NCBI GenBank assembly: GCA_965369445.1
Contig: CBDUQU010000002.1
Span: 1-58,499, forward strand
Direction: 5' to 3'
DNA length: 58,499 nucleotides
Origin: an uncultured bacterium
Lineage (GTDB): Bacteria; Zixibacteria; MSB-5A5; SM1-73
This document shows positions 38,689 through 46,849 of this stretch, in pieces. The first letter of the stretch is position 1. The number at the start of each line of letters is the position of its first letter. The notes below the pieces were generated by a model that did not search any database, was not told where the DNA came from, and saw only the letters and a program-made list of their open reading frames with translations. Made by a program: the position numbers and the translations under genes.

Positions 38689-39316
38689 GTAGCTCGGATA
38701 TGTTCCCCCTACGGGAGACTATCCGACATTTCGGACCTTCGCTAAGATCGTCCCCCTCACCTTTCCCCGTCGGGGACATCCTCTCCCCGGAGGGGACATG
38801 AGATTAGTCCCTCTCTCCTTTGAGGGTGTGTCATAATGTCATTCTGAGGCGCAGCCGAAGAATCTGGGGTTGGGGGCTTTTCCCGATTTGCCAGCCGGTA
38901 GCGAGCTGTTCCCCCCTTGGCCCGTCATTTATGATGAGTTTCAAACCATTCTAATACCCGCCCCCTATCCTCTCTTTCCACAAAGAGCAAATATACCTCA
39001 CCTTTGATGGTGAAGAAGATAGCTCCAGTGTGTATGGAGGGCATATCTTGTTTCGCGCTCGTCTTCAAATCCCCTGGCGAGCAATGCAGACAATCGAATG
39101 CTCTCCCGGACATGCGGAAAAGAGATTCGATATGAACTATCCAACTGATTGTGACCCTCTTTTTGGTAACGGATGCCTCCCTCAAGATACATCATCTGAC
39201 GCACAGCTCGTAGGTCAAGCATGGCGTCCAGACCGATCCGTAGGATAGCCTGCTCGACGAAAAAGTCTCATCTGGGACGACCAACTACTTTTATGGTGAG
39301 CTTCCGAACCATTTAT

Positions 39317-39575
39317 GCTGAGTTTCGAAGCACTTGTGCTGAGTTTCGAAGCATACTCAGAATACAGATTCGAACGTACATAATTCTTTACCTGATAACT
39401 GTTTGGAGGAAAAGTGAGAAAAAAATAAACAAACCACCAGAAGCACCAGAAGCACCAGAAGCACCAGTACCACCGGTCAAACATCATCATTCACGGTGTC
39501 CTTCGATCCCGAAGATCTTCAGGATCGAGGGAAATCCGTTTACGGTGAACCCGTTCACGGTGAATCCGTTCAATC
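39317..39575. repeat. Cluster of short tandem repeats in non-coding DNA
   Basis: gctgagtttcgaagca x2 (21-nt period, 39317-39353). caccagaag x3.5 (39435-39466). ccgttYacggtgaaY x2.6 (39535-39575). Near-palindrome at 39500-39531. Confidence 0.75.
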
Positions 39576-39701
39576 GGTTGGTATGACCCGCATGGTTCAC
39601 TATCCGACATTTCGTGTCCGAAAGTCCTGACTGACGCTTCGGACCTGCGCCCTTGTCCCTCCTAAAGGCTGCTCGCCCAAATCGAAATCCCCTCACAGAT
39701 A

Positions 39702-39730
39702 TTGACTTCAACTTCGGATTATGATATACT
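39702..39730 (+). promoter_or_regulatory. Consensus-like promoter, copy 2 (drives the ABC transporter operon)
   Basis: TTGACT, 17-nt spacer, TATACT. Same spacer length and similar spacer sequence as copy 1 at 37843. Confidence 0.5.
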
Positions 39731-39816
39731 GAGACGAATTCCGCCTAACCAGGAGTTCGCGAAGTGTGTGAGTCTGTCATTCACATATGATTCATTCGCA
39801 AGAAATGGAGAGTGAA

Positions 39817-40854
39817 ATGAGAAGAAACTCAATCAAGACCTTGATGTTGTTAGTGTTCTTCACCGGATTACTGTTTTTGGCTTTTGGATGCGAGAAGGCA
39901 GAGCAAGTTAAGAACGGGAAAATTCCCGTGGTTGCGGTTGGGTCGCAGTGGTATGGCCACATTCCGGTCTGGGTCGGGATCGAAAGAGGCATCTTCGAGA
40001 AACACAGCTTCAACGTGAAGTGGACGTTCATCGGGAAGAGCATGGATAGGCTGAACGCCATATCCTCAGGCGACGCCCAATTTGCCAGCTTGGGCCAGGT
40101 GGCTATGTTGAGCGCCATGGCGCAGGGCAACAATCGTTTTTACTGGGTGGGGAATCAGGACATCGCACCCGGATTCGAGGGATTGGTATCCCAGCCCGGG
40201 ATCACGTCGTTTGAGCAACTGCGGGGCAAGACGATCGGGTACCCGTTCGGCTCGTCCGTGGATTTGACCGCGCGCATGCTCTTAAAAGACCATGGTCTTG
40301 ATCCGAAAAAGGACGTTCAGTTAGTGAACTTAGAGGTCGGCGACGTTCCTGCAGTGTTTCGGGCAGGAAATGTCGACGCCGCGATCATCTGGGAGCCGGG
40401 GTTTTCCCAATTGAAGGAAGTCGAGGGAGCCACGGTTTTGGGAATGGATACGGATACGCCGGTTTACAAAAGGTTCGGAACCATGACCGGACCGGACGTG
40501 CTTATTTTGAGCAAGGGTTGGTGTGACGAGGATCCGGATCGTTCAACAAGGTTCCTGGTTGCATACTTCGAGTCGCTGGAGTGGGTGAAGGACAATCCGG
40601 ATTCGGCAGCGGCCATAGTCCACGAAAAGTACATTGTGCAAGACGTTGATCTGATAAGGCAGAGCATATCCCGCTTCGTGTGGCACACGCTCGAGGATCA
40701 AAAACAGGTGATGAGCGACGAGGGTATCTTCGGTCAGACCGAGTACGTGTTGCAGATCCTACATGAGGAGATGAAGGCCATACCAATCAAGCCGGAATTT
40801 CGCCAGTGGGTTCCATTTCACATTTTTCCTTTCGAAGAAGACTCGCCGGATTGA
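39817..40854 (+). CDS. ABC transporter substrate-binding lipoprotein (NMT1/SsuA/TauA-like)
   Basis: MRRNSIKTLMLLVFFTGLLFLAFGC lipobox. NMT1-like fold motifs. The ATG at 39817 with a GGAGAG SD is preferred over 39787. Confidence 0.85.
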   Translation: MRRNSIKTLMLLVFFTGLLFLAFGCEKAEQVKNGKIPVVAVGSQWYGHIPVWVGIERGIFEKHSFNVKWTFIGKSMDRLNAISSGDAQFASLGQVAMLSAMAQGNNRFYWVGNQDIAPGFEGLVSQPGITSFEQLRGKTIGYPFGSSVDLTARMLLKDHGLDPKKDVQLVNLEVGDVPAVFRAGNVDAAIIWEPGFSQLKEVEGATVLGMDTDTPVYKRFGTMTGPDVLILSKGWCDEDPDRSTRFLVAYFESLEWVKDNPDSAAAIVHEKYIVQDVDLIRQSISRFVWHTLEDQKQVMSDEGIFGQTEYVLQILHEEMKAIPIKPEFRQWVPFHIFPFEEDSPD

Positions 40855-40876
40855 AACCTCCGAAGCATAGCTTATC

Positions 40877-41665
40877 ATGGACGAAGAACCATTAGGACTC
40901 TGGACAATAGCCGTCATAGGCGCCGTGGCTGTCGTCGGCTTCATCGCCCTCTGGGAGACGGTGGTCAGAATCGGAGTGATCGATGCCTTCTTCCTGCCTG
41001 CGCCGTCGATGATCATCAAGCGCGCCTACGTGATGGCAGCCACCGGGGAGAAGATTCTGTTGCAGGATATCTGGAAGAGCGCAACGCGCGTTCTGATAGG
41101 TTTTGCACTGAGCGGCTTAGTGGGGGTACCCCTGGGCTTGGTGATGGGCATGAACAAATATGTGCGCGCGGCTCTCAATCCGATTATCTCCATCATCAGG
41201 CCGCTGCCGGCATTAAGCTGGATACCGCTCTCCATGTTGTGGCTGGGTATAGGAGAGCAGCAGAAGTTCGCCATCGTCTTCATGGGATGCTTTGCCTCAG
41301 TGCTGGTCTACACCGTCGCGGCAACCCTGCGGGTGGACGTTATCCTTCAACGTGCAGCGCGCAACCTGGGAGCATCGCGCCTGCAGGTCATTCGTCACGT
41401 GACCCTGCCGGGAGCGCTTCCCAATATCCTGAGTGGACTGAAAGTCGTTCTGGCCATCGCCTGGACCTGTGTGATCAGCGCGGAGATGGTGGGGGCTAAC
41501 AGTGGCTTAGGCTTTCGCATCTGGACCGGCAAGGAGTGGTCCGATACCGGTCAGGTGCTGGTGGGGATGATCTCGATCAGCGTAACGGTCCTGATTTTAG
41601 ACATCGTGTTCCGCGGGGTCGAATGGCTGCTTCTTCCCTGGCAGCGAGAGGGGACAACTTCATGA
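40877..41665 (+). CDS. ABC transporter permease (nitrate/sulfonate/taurine family)
   Basis: Six TM segments and an EAA-like loop AARNLGASRLQVIRHVTLPGALP. Confidence 0.85.
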   Translation: MDEEPLGLWTIAVIGAVAVVGFIALWETVVRIGVIDAFFLPAPSMIIKRAYVMAATGEKILLQDIWKSATRVLIGFALSGLVGVPLGLVMGMNKYVRAALNPIISIIRPLPALSWIPLSMLWLGIGEQQKFAIVFMGCFASVLVYTVAATLRVDVILQRAARNLGASRLQVIRHVTLPGALPNILSGLKVVLAIAWTCVISAEMVGANSGLGFRIWTGKEWSDTGQVLVGMISISVTVLILDIVFRGVEWLLLPWQREGTTS

Positions 41666-42441
41666 GCGAGGCGTTGATTCAAGCCAAAGAGGTCACCAAG
41701 ACCTTCGGGAAGGGGAAGAAGGCCGTCACCGCTGTCGAAGATTTCGACCTGGTGGTCAAGGCCAGGGAGGTGGTTACCCTGGTGGGACCTTCCGGCTGCG
41801 GTAAGTCAACCGTGCTCAATATGGTTGCTGGTTTCATGTCGGCCTCGTCCGGCCAGATACTGCTGAATGGCAAGCCGGTGACGTCTGTCGAGCCGCAGTG
41901 CGGCATGATCTTTCAGAGCTATGCCCTCTTTCCCTGGATGACCGTGCAGGAGAACGTGGAGTTCGGGCCGCGGGTCAACCGGCTGCCCCGCGCGGAGCGT
42001 CTTGACCGGGCCAAACGCTACATCGAGATGGTGGGGTTAAACGGCTTTGAAGATGCCTATCCAAATCAGCTTTCCGGGGGGATGCTTCAGCGGGTTGCCC
42101 TGTGCCGGGCATTGGCCAATGAGCCGGAGATCCTACTCTGCGATGAACCCTTTGCAGCACTGGATGCCATGACCCGCCAGGTGATGCAGGAGGAGCTTCT
42201 GCGGATCGTGGATCGGTCCGGGCAGACTGTGCTCTTTATCACCCACTCCATCGACGAGGCGCTCATCTTAAGCGACCGCATAATAGTCATGTCGGCCCGG
42301 CCGGGTCGAGTCAAGGACACCATCGAGAACCATCTTCCCCGGCCGCGGCACGTGGACATGCAACTGGGAGAAGACTTCCTTCGCATGAAACGGAGAATCT
42401 GGAAAATGGTGGAGGAGGAAGTGGTGGCATCGATGAGGTAG
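41662..42441 (+). CDS. ABC transporter ATP-binding protein
   Basis: Walker A GPSGCGKST, signature LSGGMLQRV, Walker B ILLCDEPF. ATGA overlap with the permease stop. The 41536 start in the ORF track is rejected. Confidence 0.9.
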   Translation: MSEALIQAKEVTKTFGKGKKAVTAVEDFDLVVKAREVVTLVGPSGCGKSTVLNMVAGFMSASSGQILLNGKPVTSVEPQCGMIFQSYALFPWMTVQENVEFGPRVNRLPRAERLDRAKRYIEMVGLNGFEDAYPNQLSGGMLQRVALCRALANEPEILLCDEPFAALDAMTRQVMQEELLRIVDRSGQTVLFITHSIDEALILSDRIIVMSARPGRVKDTIENHLPRPRHVDMQLGEDFLRMKRRIWKMVEEEVVASMR

Positions 42442-42546
42442 CGGTCCGGAAGGGTCCGGCCCGAAAACAAGCAGATCACACAGAACAGTTGAATAAAGTT
42501 CGTGGACAAAAATTAACACCTCTGAAGCTTAAGATTCATTCAAAGG

Positions 42547-44676
42547 ATGGAGAAGCCAATGTTAAGATTGTCTTTGTGTTCAATGTTGATTCTAACCGGG
42601 AGTCTTATTGTGGGTTCGTGCGATAGTCAGGTGGAGCTTAAGCCGCCGAAGGCGAAGATCGAGGCGAAGGTGGATACCTTATTTGGCCGGGAGATGGTGG
42701 ACAACTACTTTTGGCTGCGGGAGCGGGATAATCCCGAGGTTATGGATTATCTGAAAGCGGAGAATGCGCACACCAAAGCGGTGATGAAACACACGGAGAA
42801 GCTTCAGACAAGGCTGTATGAGGAGATGGTGTCCCGCATCAAGGAGACCGATCTCTCCGTGCCGGTGAAACGCGATAATTACTACTACTATTACCGAACC
42901 GAGGAGGGCAAGCAGTACCGGATATATTGCCGCAAGAAGGGAAGCCTTGAGGCGGAAGAGGAGATATTGCTTGACGTCAACCAACTTGCCGAGGGGAAGG
43001 ACTACATGTATCTGGGAGTCTACGAGGTCAGTCCTGATCACAACCTGCTGGCCTTTGGGATTGATACCACGGGAAGCGAGCGCTATACGTTACGGGTGAA
43101 GAACCTCGAGACCGGCGAAGTCTATCCGGACGTCATTGACAGCGTCTCGACCTCGTTTGAATGGGCCAATGATAATCAAACGTTTTTCTACACCATAATG
43201 GATGAAGCCTGGCGGCCGTTTAAGCTTTTCCGTCACACGCTGGGCGACGAGGTTGAGAACGACGTGTTGGTTTTCCACGAGAAGGATGATGCTTTCTTCT
43301 TGGGCATCCAGAAATCCAAGAGCATGGACTATCTTTTTATTCAACTGGGGAGCATGAACACCACAGAGGTGCATTATCTCGATGCCGGCAAGCCCACGGG
43401 CAAATTCGAGCTGGTGCATCCCCGGCAGCAAGACATGGAATACGAGCTGTCCCATCATGGCGATCACTTCTATATCGTCACCAATGACAATGCCAAAAAC
43501 TTCAAGCTAATGCGGGCGCCGGTGTCGAACCCGTCAAAGAAAAACTGGAAAGAGGTGATCCCCCACCGCGATTCTGTCAAGCTGGACCGCATCGAGGTCT
43601 TCAGGGATTTCATGGTCCTCTATGAGCGGGAGAACGGCTTAAAGCAGATGAGGATCAAGGACTTCACTACCGACGAGATTCACACGGTCGAGTTTCCTGA
43701 GCCAGTGTACACCTTCTGGCAGGCGTGGAACCCTGACTTTAAGGGACGGCTTTTGCGTTTTCACTACACCTCTTTCATTACCCCCGAGTCGGTCTACGAC
43801 TACGACATGAAAACTAAGGAGCGGGAGCTGAAGAAGCAAACGGAGGTGCTGGGCGGGTATGATCCTGAGTTGTACCAGTCGGAGCGGATATTCGCCACAG
43901 CAGATGACGGCAGCAGGATTCCGATCTCGATGGTCTACAAGAAGGGTATGGTTAAGGACGGCAATAGCCCGCTCTACCTTTATGGATATGGCGCCTACGG
44001 TGCCAGCGTGGAGCCTTACTTCTCCTCGAACCGCTTGAGCCTTCTGGATCGGGGATTCATTTACGCCAGGGCTCACGTCCGTGGTGGAGGGGAGATGGGC
44101 CGGTACTGGTATGACGATGGGAAGCTGCTTTTCAAAAAGAACACCTTTACCGACTTTATCACCGCCTGTGAGCATCTGATTGCGGAGAAGTACACATCCT
44201 CCGAAAGATTAATCATCAGCGGTGTCAGTGCCGGAGGTCTATTGATCGGCTCGGTGGTCAACATGCGGCCGGAGTTGTTCAAGATTGTCATTGCCGACGT
44301 GCCGTTCGTGGACCTGATCAACACCATGCTTGATCCCAGCATTCCGCTCACGGTCATCGAGTATGAAGAGTGGGGTAATCCGAATAAGAAGGAATATTTC
44401 GACTACATGCTATCCTATTCGCCATACGATAACGTCGAGGCTGAGGATTATCCCAACATGCTCATTCTGGCCAGCTTAAACGATACCCGGGTGCAGTACT
44501 GGGAATCAGCCAAATGGACCGCCAAGTTGAGGGCGAAAAAGACCGACAGCAACCGCCTTCTGCTTAAGACCATCATGGGAGCGGGCCACGGCGGCGTGTC
44601 GGGGCGGTACGACCAGCTTAAGGAACTGGCGTTCGAATACGCCTTTGTTTTAGATGTTCTGGGATGGAAAGAATAA
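42547..44676 (+). CDS. ptrB: Oligopeptidase B / S9A prolyl oligopeptidase family serine protease (lipoprotein)
   Basis: Lipobox VGSC, N-terminal beta-propeller region, catalytic GVSAGGLL, D...GAGHGG. Confidence 0.85.
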   Translation: MEKPMLRLSLCSMLILTGSLIVGSCDSQVELKPPKAKIEAKVDTLFGREMVDNYFWLRERDNPEVMDYLKAENAHTKAVMKHTEKLQTRLYEEMVSRIKETDLSVPVKRDNYYYYYRTEEGKQYRIYCRKKGSLEAEEEILLDVNQLAEGKDYMYLGVYEVSPDHNLLAFGIDTTGSERYTLRVKNLETGEVYPDVIDSVSTSFEWANDNQTFFYTIMDEAWRPFKLFRHTLGDEVENDVLVFHEKDDAFFLGIQKSKSMDYLFIQLGSMNTTEVHYLDAGKPTGKFELVHPRQQDMEYELSHHGDHFYIVTNDNAKNFKLMRAPVSNPSKKNWKEVIPHRDSVKLDRIEVFRDFMVLYERENGLKQMRIKDFTTDEIHTVEFPEPVYTFWQAWNPDFKGRLLRFHYTSFITPESVYDYDMKTKERELKKQTEVLGGYDPELYQSERIFATADDGSRIPISMVYKKGMVKDGNSPLYLYGYGAYGASVEPYFSSNRLSLLDRGFIYARAHVRGGGEMGRYWYDDGKLLFKKNTFTDFITACEHLIAEKYTSSERLIISGVSAGGLLIGSVVNMRPELFKIVIADVPFVDLINTMLDPSIPLTVIEYEEWGNPNKKEYFDYMLSYSPYDNVEAEDYPNMLILASLNDTRVQYWESAKWTAKLRAKKTDSNRLLLKTIMGAGHGGVSGRYDQLKELAFEYAFVLDVLGWKE

Positions 44677-44894
44677 ATAGCGCGTCAGGTGCTTGGAATC
44701 AGACCACACCGCGGTAAGCGTGCGGTCTCTTGGTTCGTGACGGTCAGACGACCGCCCCCATACAGGCCCGTCTGGGCGTCCGTTACCAACGCAGGTATCA
44801 TCCTCTTCTGATACTTTAGGATATACCCGGTCTGTTAAGCAGACCGGGCCACCCAGCCCCATGTCCGGGTCTTTTCAAAAAGTTAAAAATGTGC

Positions 44895-44922
44895 TTGAGT
44901 TGTGGCGACGATTAATTATATT
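44895..44922 (+). promoter_or_regulatory. Putative promoter of the redox operon
   Basis: TTGAGT, 16-nt spacer, TATATT, 60 nt upstream of 44985. Confidence 0.3.
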
Positions 44923-44984
44923 GTGCAACGTGGCAAATGAGTTCGGATGGACCAGATATCTAATCATTTCAGAACAGGGAGTAG

Positions 44985-45542
44985 ATGAAGATGCCTGAAT
45001 GCCAACACCAGTGGGAGATGACGAATATTCAGTTTGGCTTCGTAGTTTTCGAGAAGTGCTTTCACTGCAACGACCTGAGAACTTACTTTTCCGTTGAGGA
45101 CAATCCCATCCTGGGGGACAAGTACCGGGAGGGTGACCATTACTGGAGCCGGGTGGAAAACGCCCAGACCTTCACCTTTGACCTGAAGTGCACGCAATGC
45201 AACCATACAGAGAAGTTCAACGACCTGATGGGACTCTTGCACTGCACCGGATGCCTGCCCGACTGCGAGGTGGAGATCATGCGGAAGAAGTTGGAAGCCG
45301 AAAAGACCTGGATCGTGGTGGCGTTCGGATTTCTTCCCCAGGCAAAGACCGAACCGATCCCACCGCACAAGTTAGATATGCTTACCGACTACTTCAACCA
45401 GAGGAGAGATACCTCCCGCTCCAGGATCAAGGTGGTCCCGTTCAATCTGATCGATGATCTTGCTCGCTGCAAAGGCGACTTCATTCACGACGTGGGCATG
45501 CTTTCCCTGGAACCGCCACCGGGCAGAAAATCTCCATTTTGA
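44985..45542 (+). CDS. Hypothetical protein with two zinc-ribbon-like Cys pairs
   Basis: C6...CFHC and CTQC...CTGC..DC spacing. First gene of the DRTGG/hydrogenase-like cluster. No family recognised. Confidence 0.5.
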   Translation: MKMPECQHQWEMTNIQFGFVVFEKCFHCNDLRTYFSVEDNPILGDKYREGDHYWSRVENAQTFTFDLKCTQCNHTEKFNDLMGLLHCTGCLPDCEVEIMRKKLEAEKTWIVVAFGFLPQAKTEPIPPHKLDMLTDYFNQRRDTSRSRIKVVPFNLIDDLARCKGDFIHDVGMLSLEPPPGRKSPF

Positions 45543-45587
45543 TCGTAACGTTAGCTCAAGCTAAAAAAATCAAGCAGGAGAAATTTC

Positions 45588-45923
45588 ATGACCACCCAAG
45601 ACTTGATTGAGAAGCTCGGACTGAAAGCTTTAAGCAAGTTTGAACACCGGGACGTGGATGGTGTTTTCGTCTCGGATATGTTAAGTGACGTCATGGCCGG
45701 CGCCAAATCCGGCAACCTGTGGCTCACCATCCAGACCCATAAAAGCATCGTGCCAGCGGCCAACTTAGTGGACGTTTCCGCCGTGATCATCACCAGCGGC
45801 AAGGAGGTTCCGCAGGAGACCGTGGACCTGGCCAGCAAGTATGATATCGCCATCCTCTCCAGCGACCTGGCCACCTTCGAGCTGGTGGGAAAGCTGTACG
45901 GGTTGGGTCTGGGAAGCAAGTAG
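45588..45923 (+). CDS. DRTGG domain protein
   Basis: VSDMLSDVMAGAKSGNLWLTIQTHKSIV...AVIITSGKEV...ILSSDLATFELVGKLYGLGL matches stand-alone DRTGG proteins found next to hydABC-type operons. Confidence 0.8.
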   Translation: MTTQDLIEKLGLKALSKFEHRDVDGVFVSDMLSDVMAGAKSGNLWLTIQTHKSIVPAANLVDVSAVIITSGKEVPQETVDLASKYDIAILSSDLATFELVGKLYGLGLGSK

Positions 45924-46030
45924 CTGGATTCAATGTCGGTTAGACGTGTTCTCAGGCGGGTCCAAACCAAGGGAGCCGCCGGATGGTTCATGCCATGGTC
46001 AGAAGCGGGACAGGGGTCGTGGAGATAAGA

Positions 46031-46816
46031 ATGATCAAAGACGTGCTGCAGGCCACCGTGATCGAGGGCGAAGACAAACTCGACACCGCGGTCGAGCGGG
46101 TGTATGCTTCTGATCTGATGAGCGACGTCTTGGCCTTCGGCAGGTCCAATTCCATTCTGTTTACCGGGCTGGCAAGCCAGCAGGCGGTCATCTCCGCCCA
46201 CATGGCAGAATTCAAAGGAGTTGTGTTCGTACGGGGCAAGATGCCTAAGGATGGCTCGAAGGAGTTCGCCAGAGAGAACGACCTGGTTCTGCTCTCCACC
46301 GAGCTGGACATGTACGATGCCTGCGTGAGGATAGAGTCGGTCAGGAGGGGAAATGACGCAGGCTTGAAAGCCAGACCGGCCGGCGAAAGATCCGAGAAGA
46401 TGCTCCTGGGCCATGAGTTCTTCATTGAAGGAAGCGATTTCGCCAACGCGGGGATGGCATCCACCAAGGTGAAGTCCATTCTCAAGAAAATCGGATTCGA
46501 TCCCAAGCTGGTGCGGAGGGTTGCCATCTCCACCTACGAGGGGGAGATGAACGTGGTGATGCATGCCCAGAGGGCCAAGGTCAAACTGGCGGTCACTTCC
46601 GGGCTGATCGAGGTGGTAATCGACGACGAAGGCAAGGGCATCCCGGACGTGGATCTGGCCATGCAGAAGGGATATACCACCGCCACCGAGGAGATGAGAG
46701 CCATGGGATTCGGTTCGGGAATGGGACTGCCCAACATAAAGAAGAATTCGGACGAATTGGATATCAAAAGTGAGGTGGGAAAGGGAACCACACTGCGGAT
46801 GAGGTTTTATACCTAA
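46031..46816 (+). CDS. DRTGG domain fused to an RsbW/SpoIIAB-like Ser/Thr kinase (HATPase_c)
   Basis: N-terminal ASDLMSDVLAFGRSNSILFTGLASQQ. C-terminal VVIDDEGKGIPD...GFGSGMGLPN...GKGTTLRMRF (N, G1 and G2 boxes). The ATG at 46031 with a GGAG SD. Confidence 0.75.
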   Translation: MIKDVLQATVIEGEDKLDTAVERVYASDLMSDVLAFGRSNSILFTGLASQQAVISAHMAEFKGVVFVRGKMPKDGSKEFARENDLVLLSTELDMYDACVRIESVRRGNDAGLKARPAGERSEKMLLGHEFFIEGSDFANAGMASTKVKSILKKIGFDPKLVRRVAISTYEGEMNVVMHAQRAKVKLAVTSGLIEVVIDDEGKGIPDVDLAMQKGYTTATEEMRAMGFGSGMGLPNIKKNSDELDIKSEVGKGTTLRMRFYT

Positions 46817-46849
46817 AGAACTCGTCTTTAAAAGGAGCGGAAAGGCAAA

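Noticed and set aside
39215-39711. Three mutually overlapping ORFs (91, 121 and 74 aa) in the STR region
   Set aside because: Their products are translations of short tandem repeats (PEAPEAPEAP, NPFTVNPFTV, WCFWCFWCFW). Overlap on both strands indicates a lack of stops rather than coding.
39734-39816. Possible TPP riboswitch upstream of the NMT1/THI5-like binding protein (contains ctgaga)
   Set aside because: The leader is only about 80 nt and lacks the other conserved TPP-aptamer elements. The ctgaga overlaps the -10/TSS region.
41536-41661. Upstream start for the ABC ATPase
   Set aside because: The extension lies wholly inside the permease gene in another frame. The ATG at 41662 forms an ATGA overlap with the permease stop and gives a normal N-terminus before Walker A.
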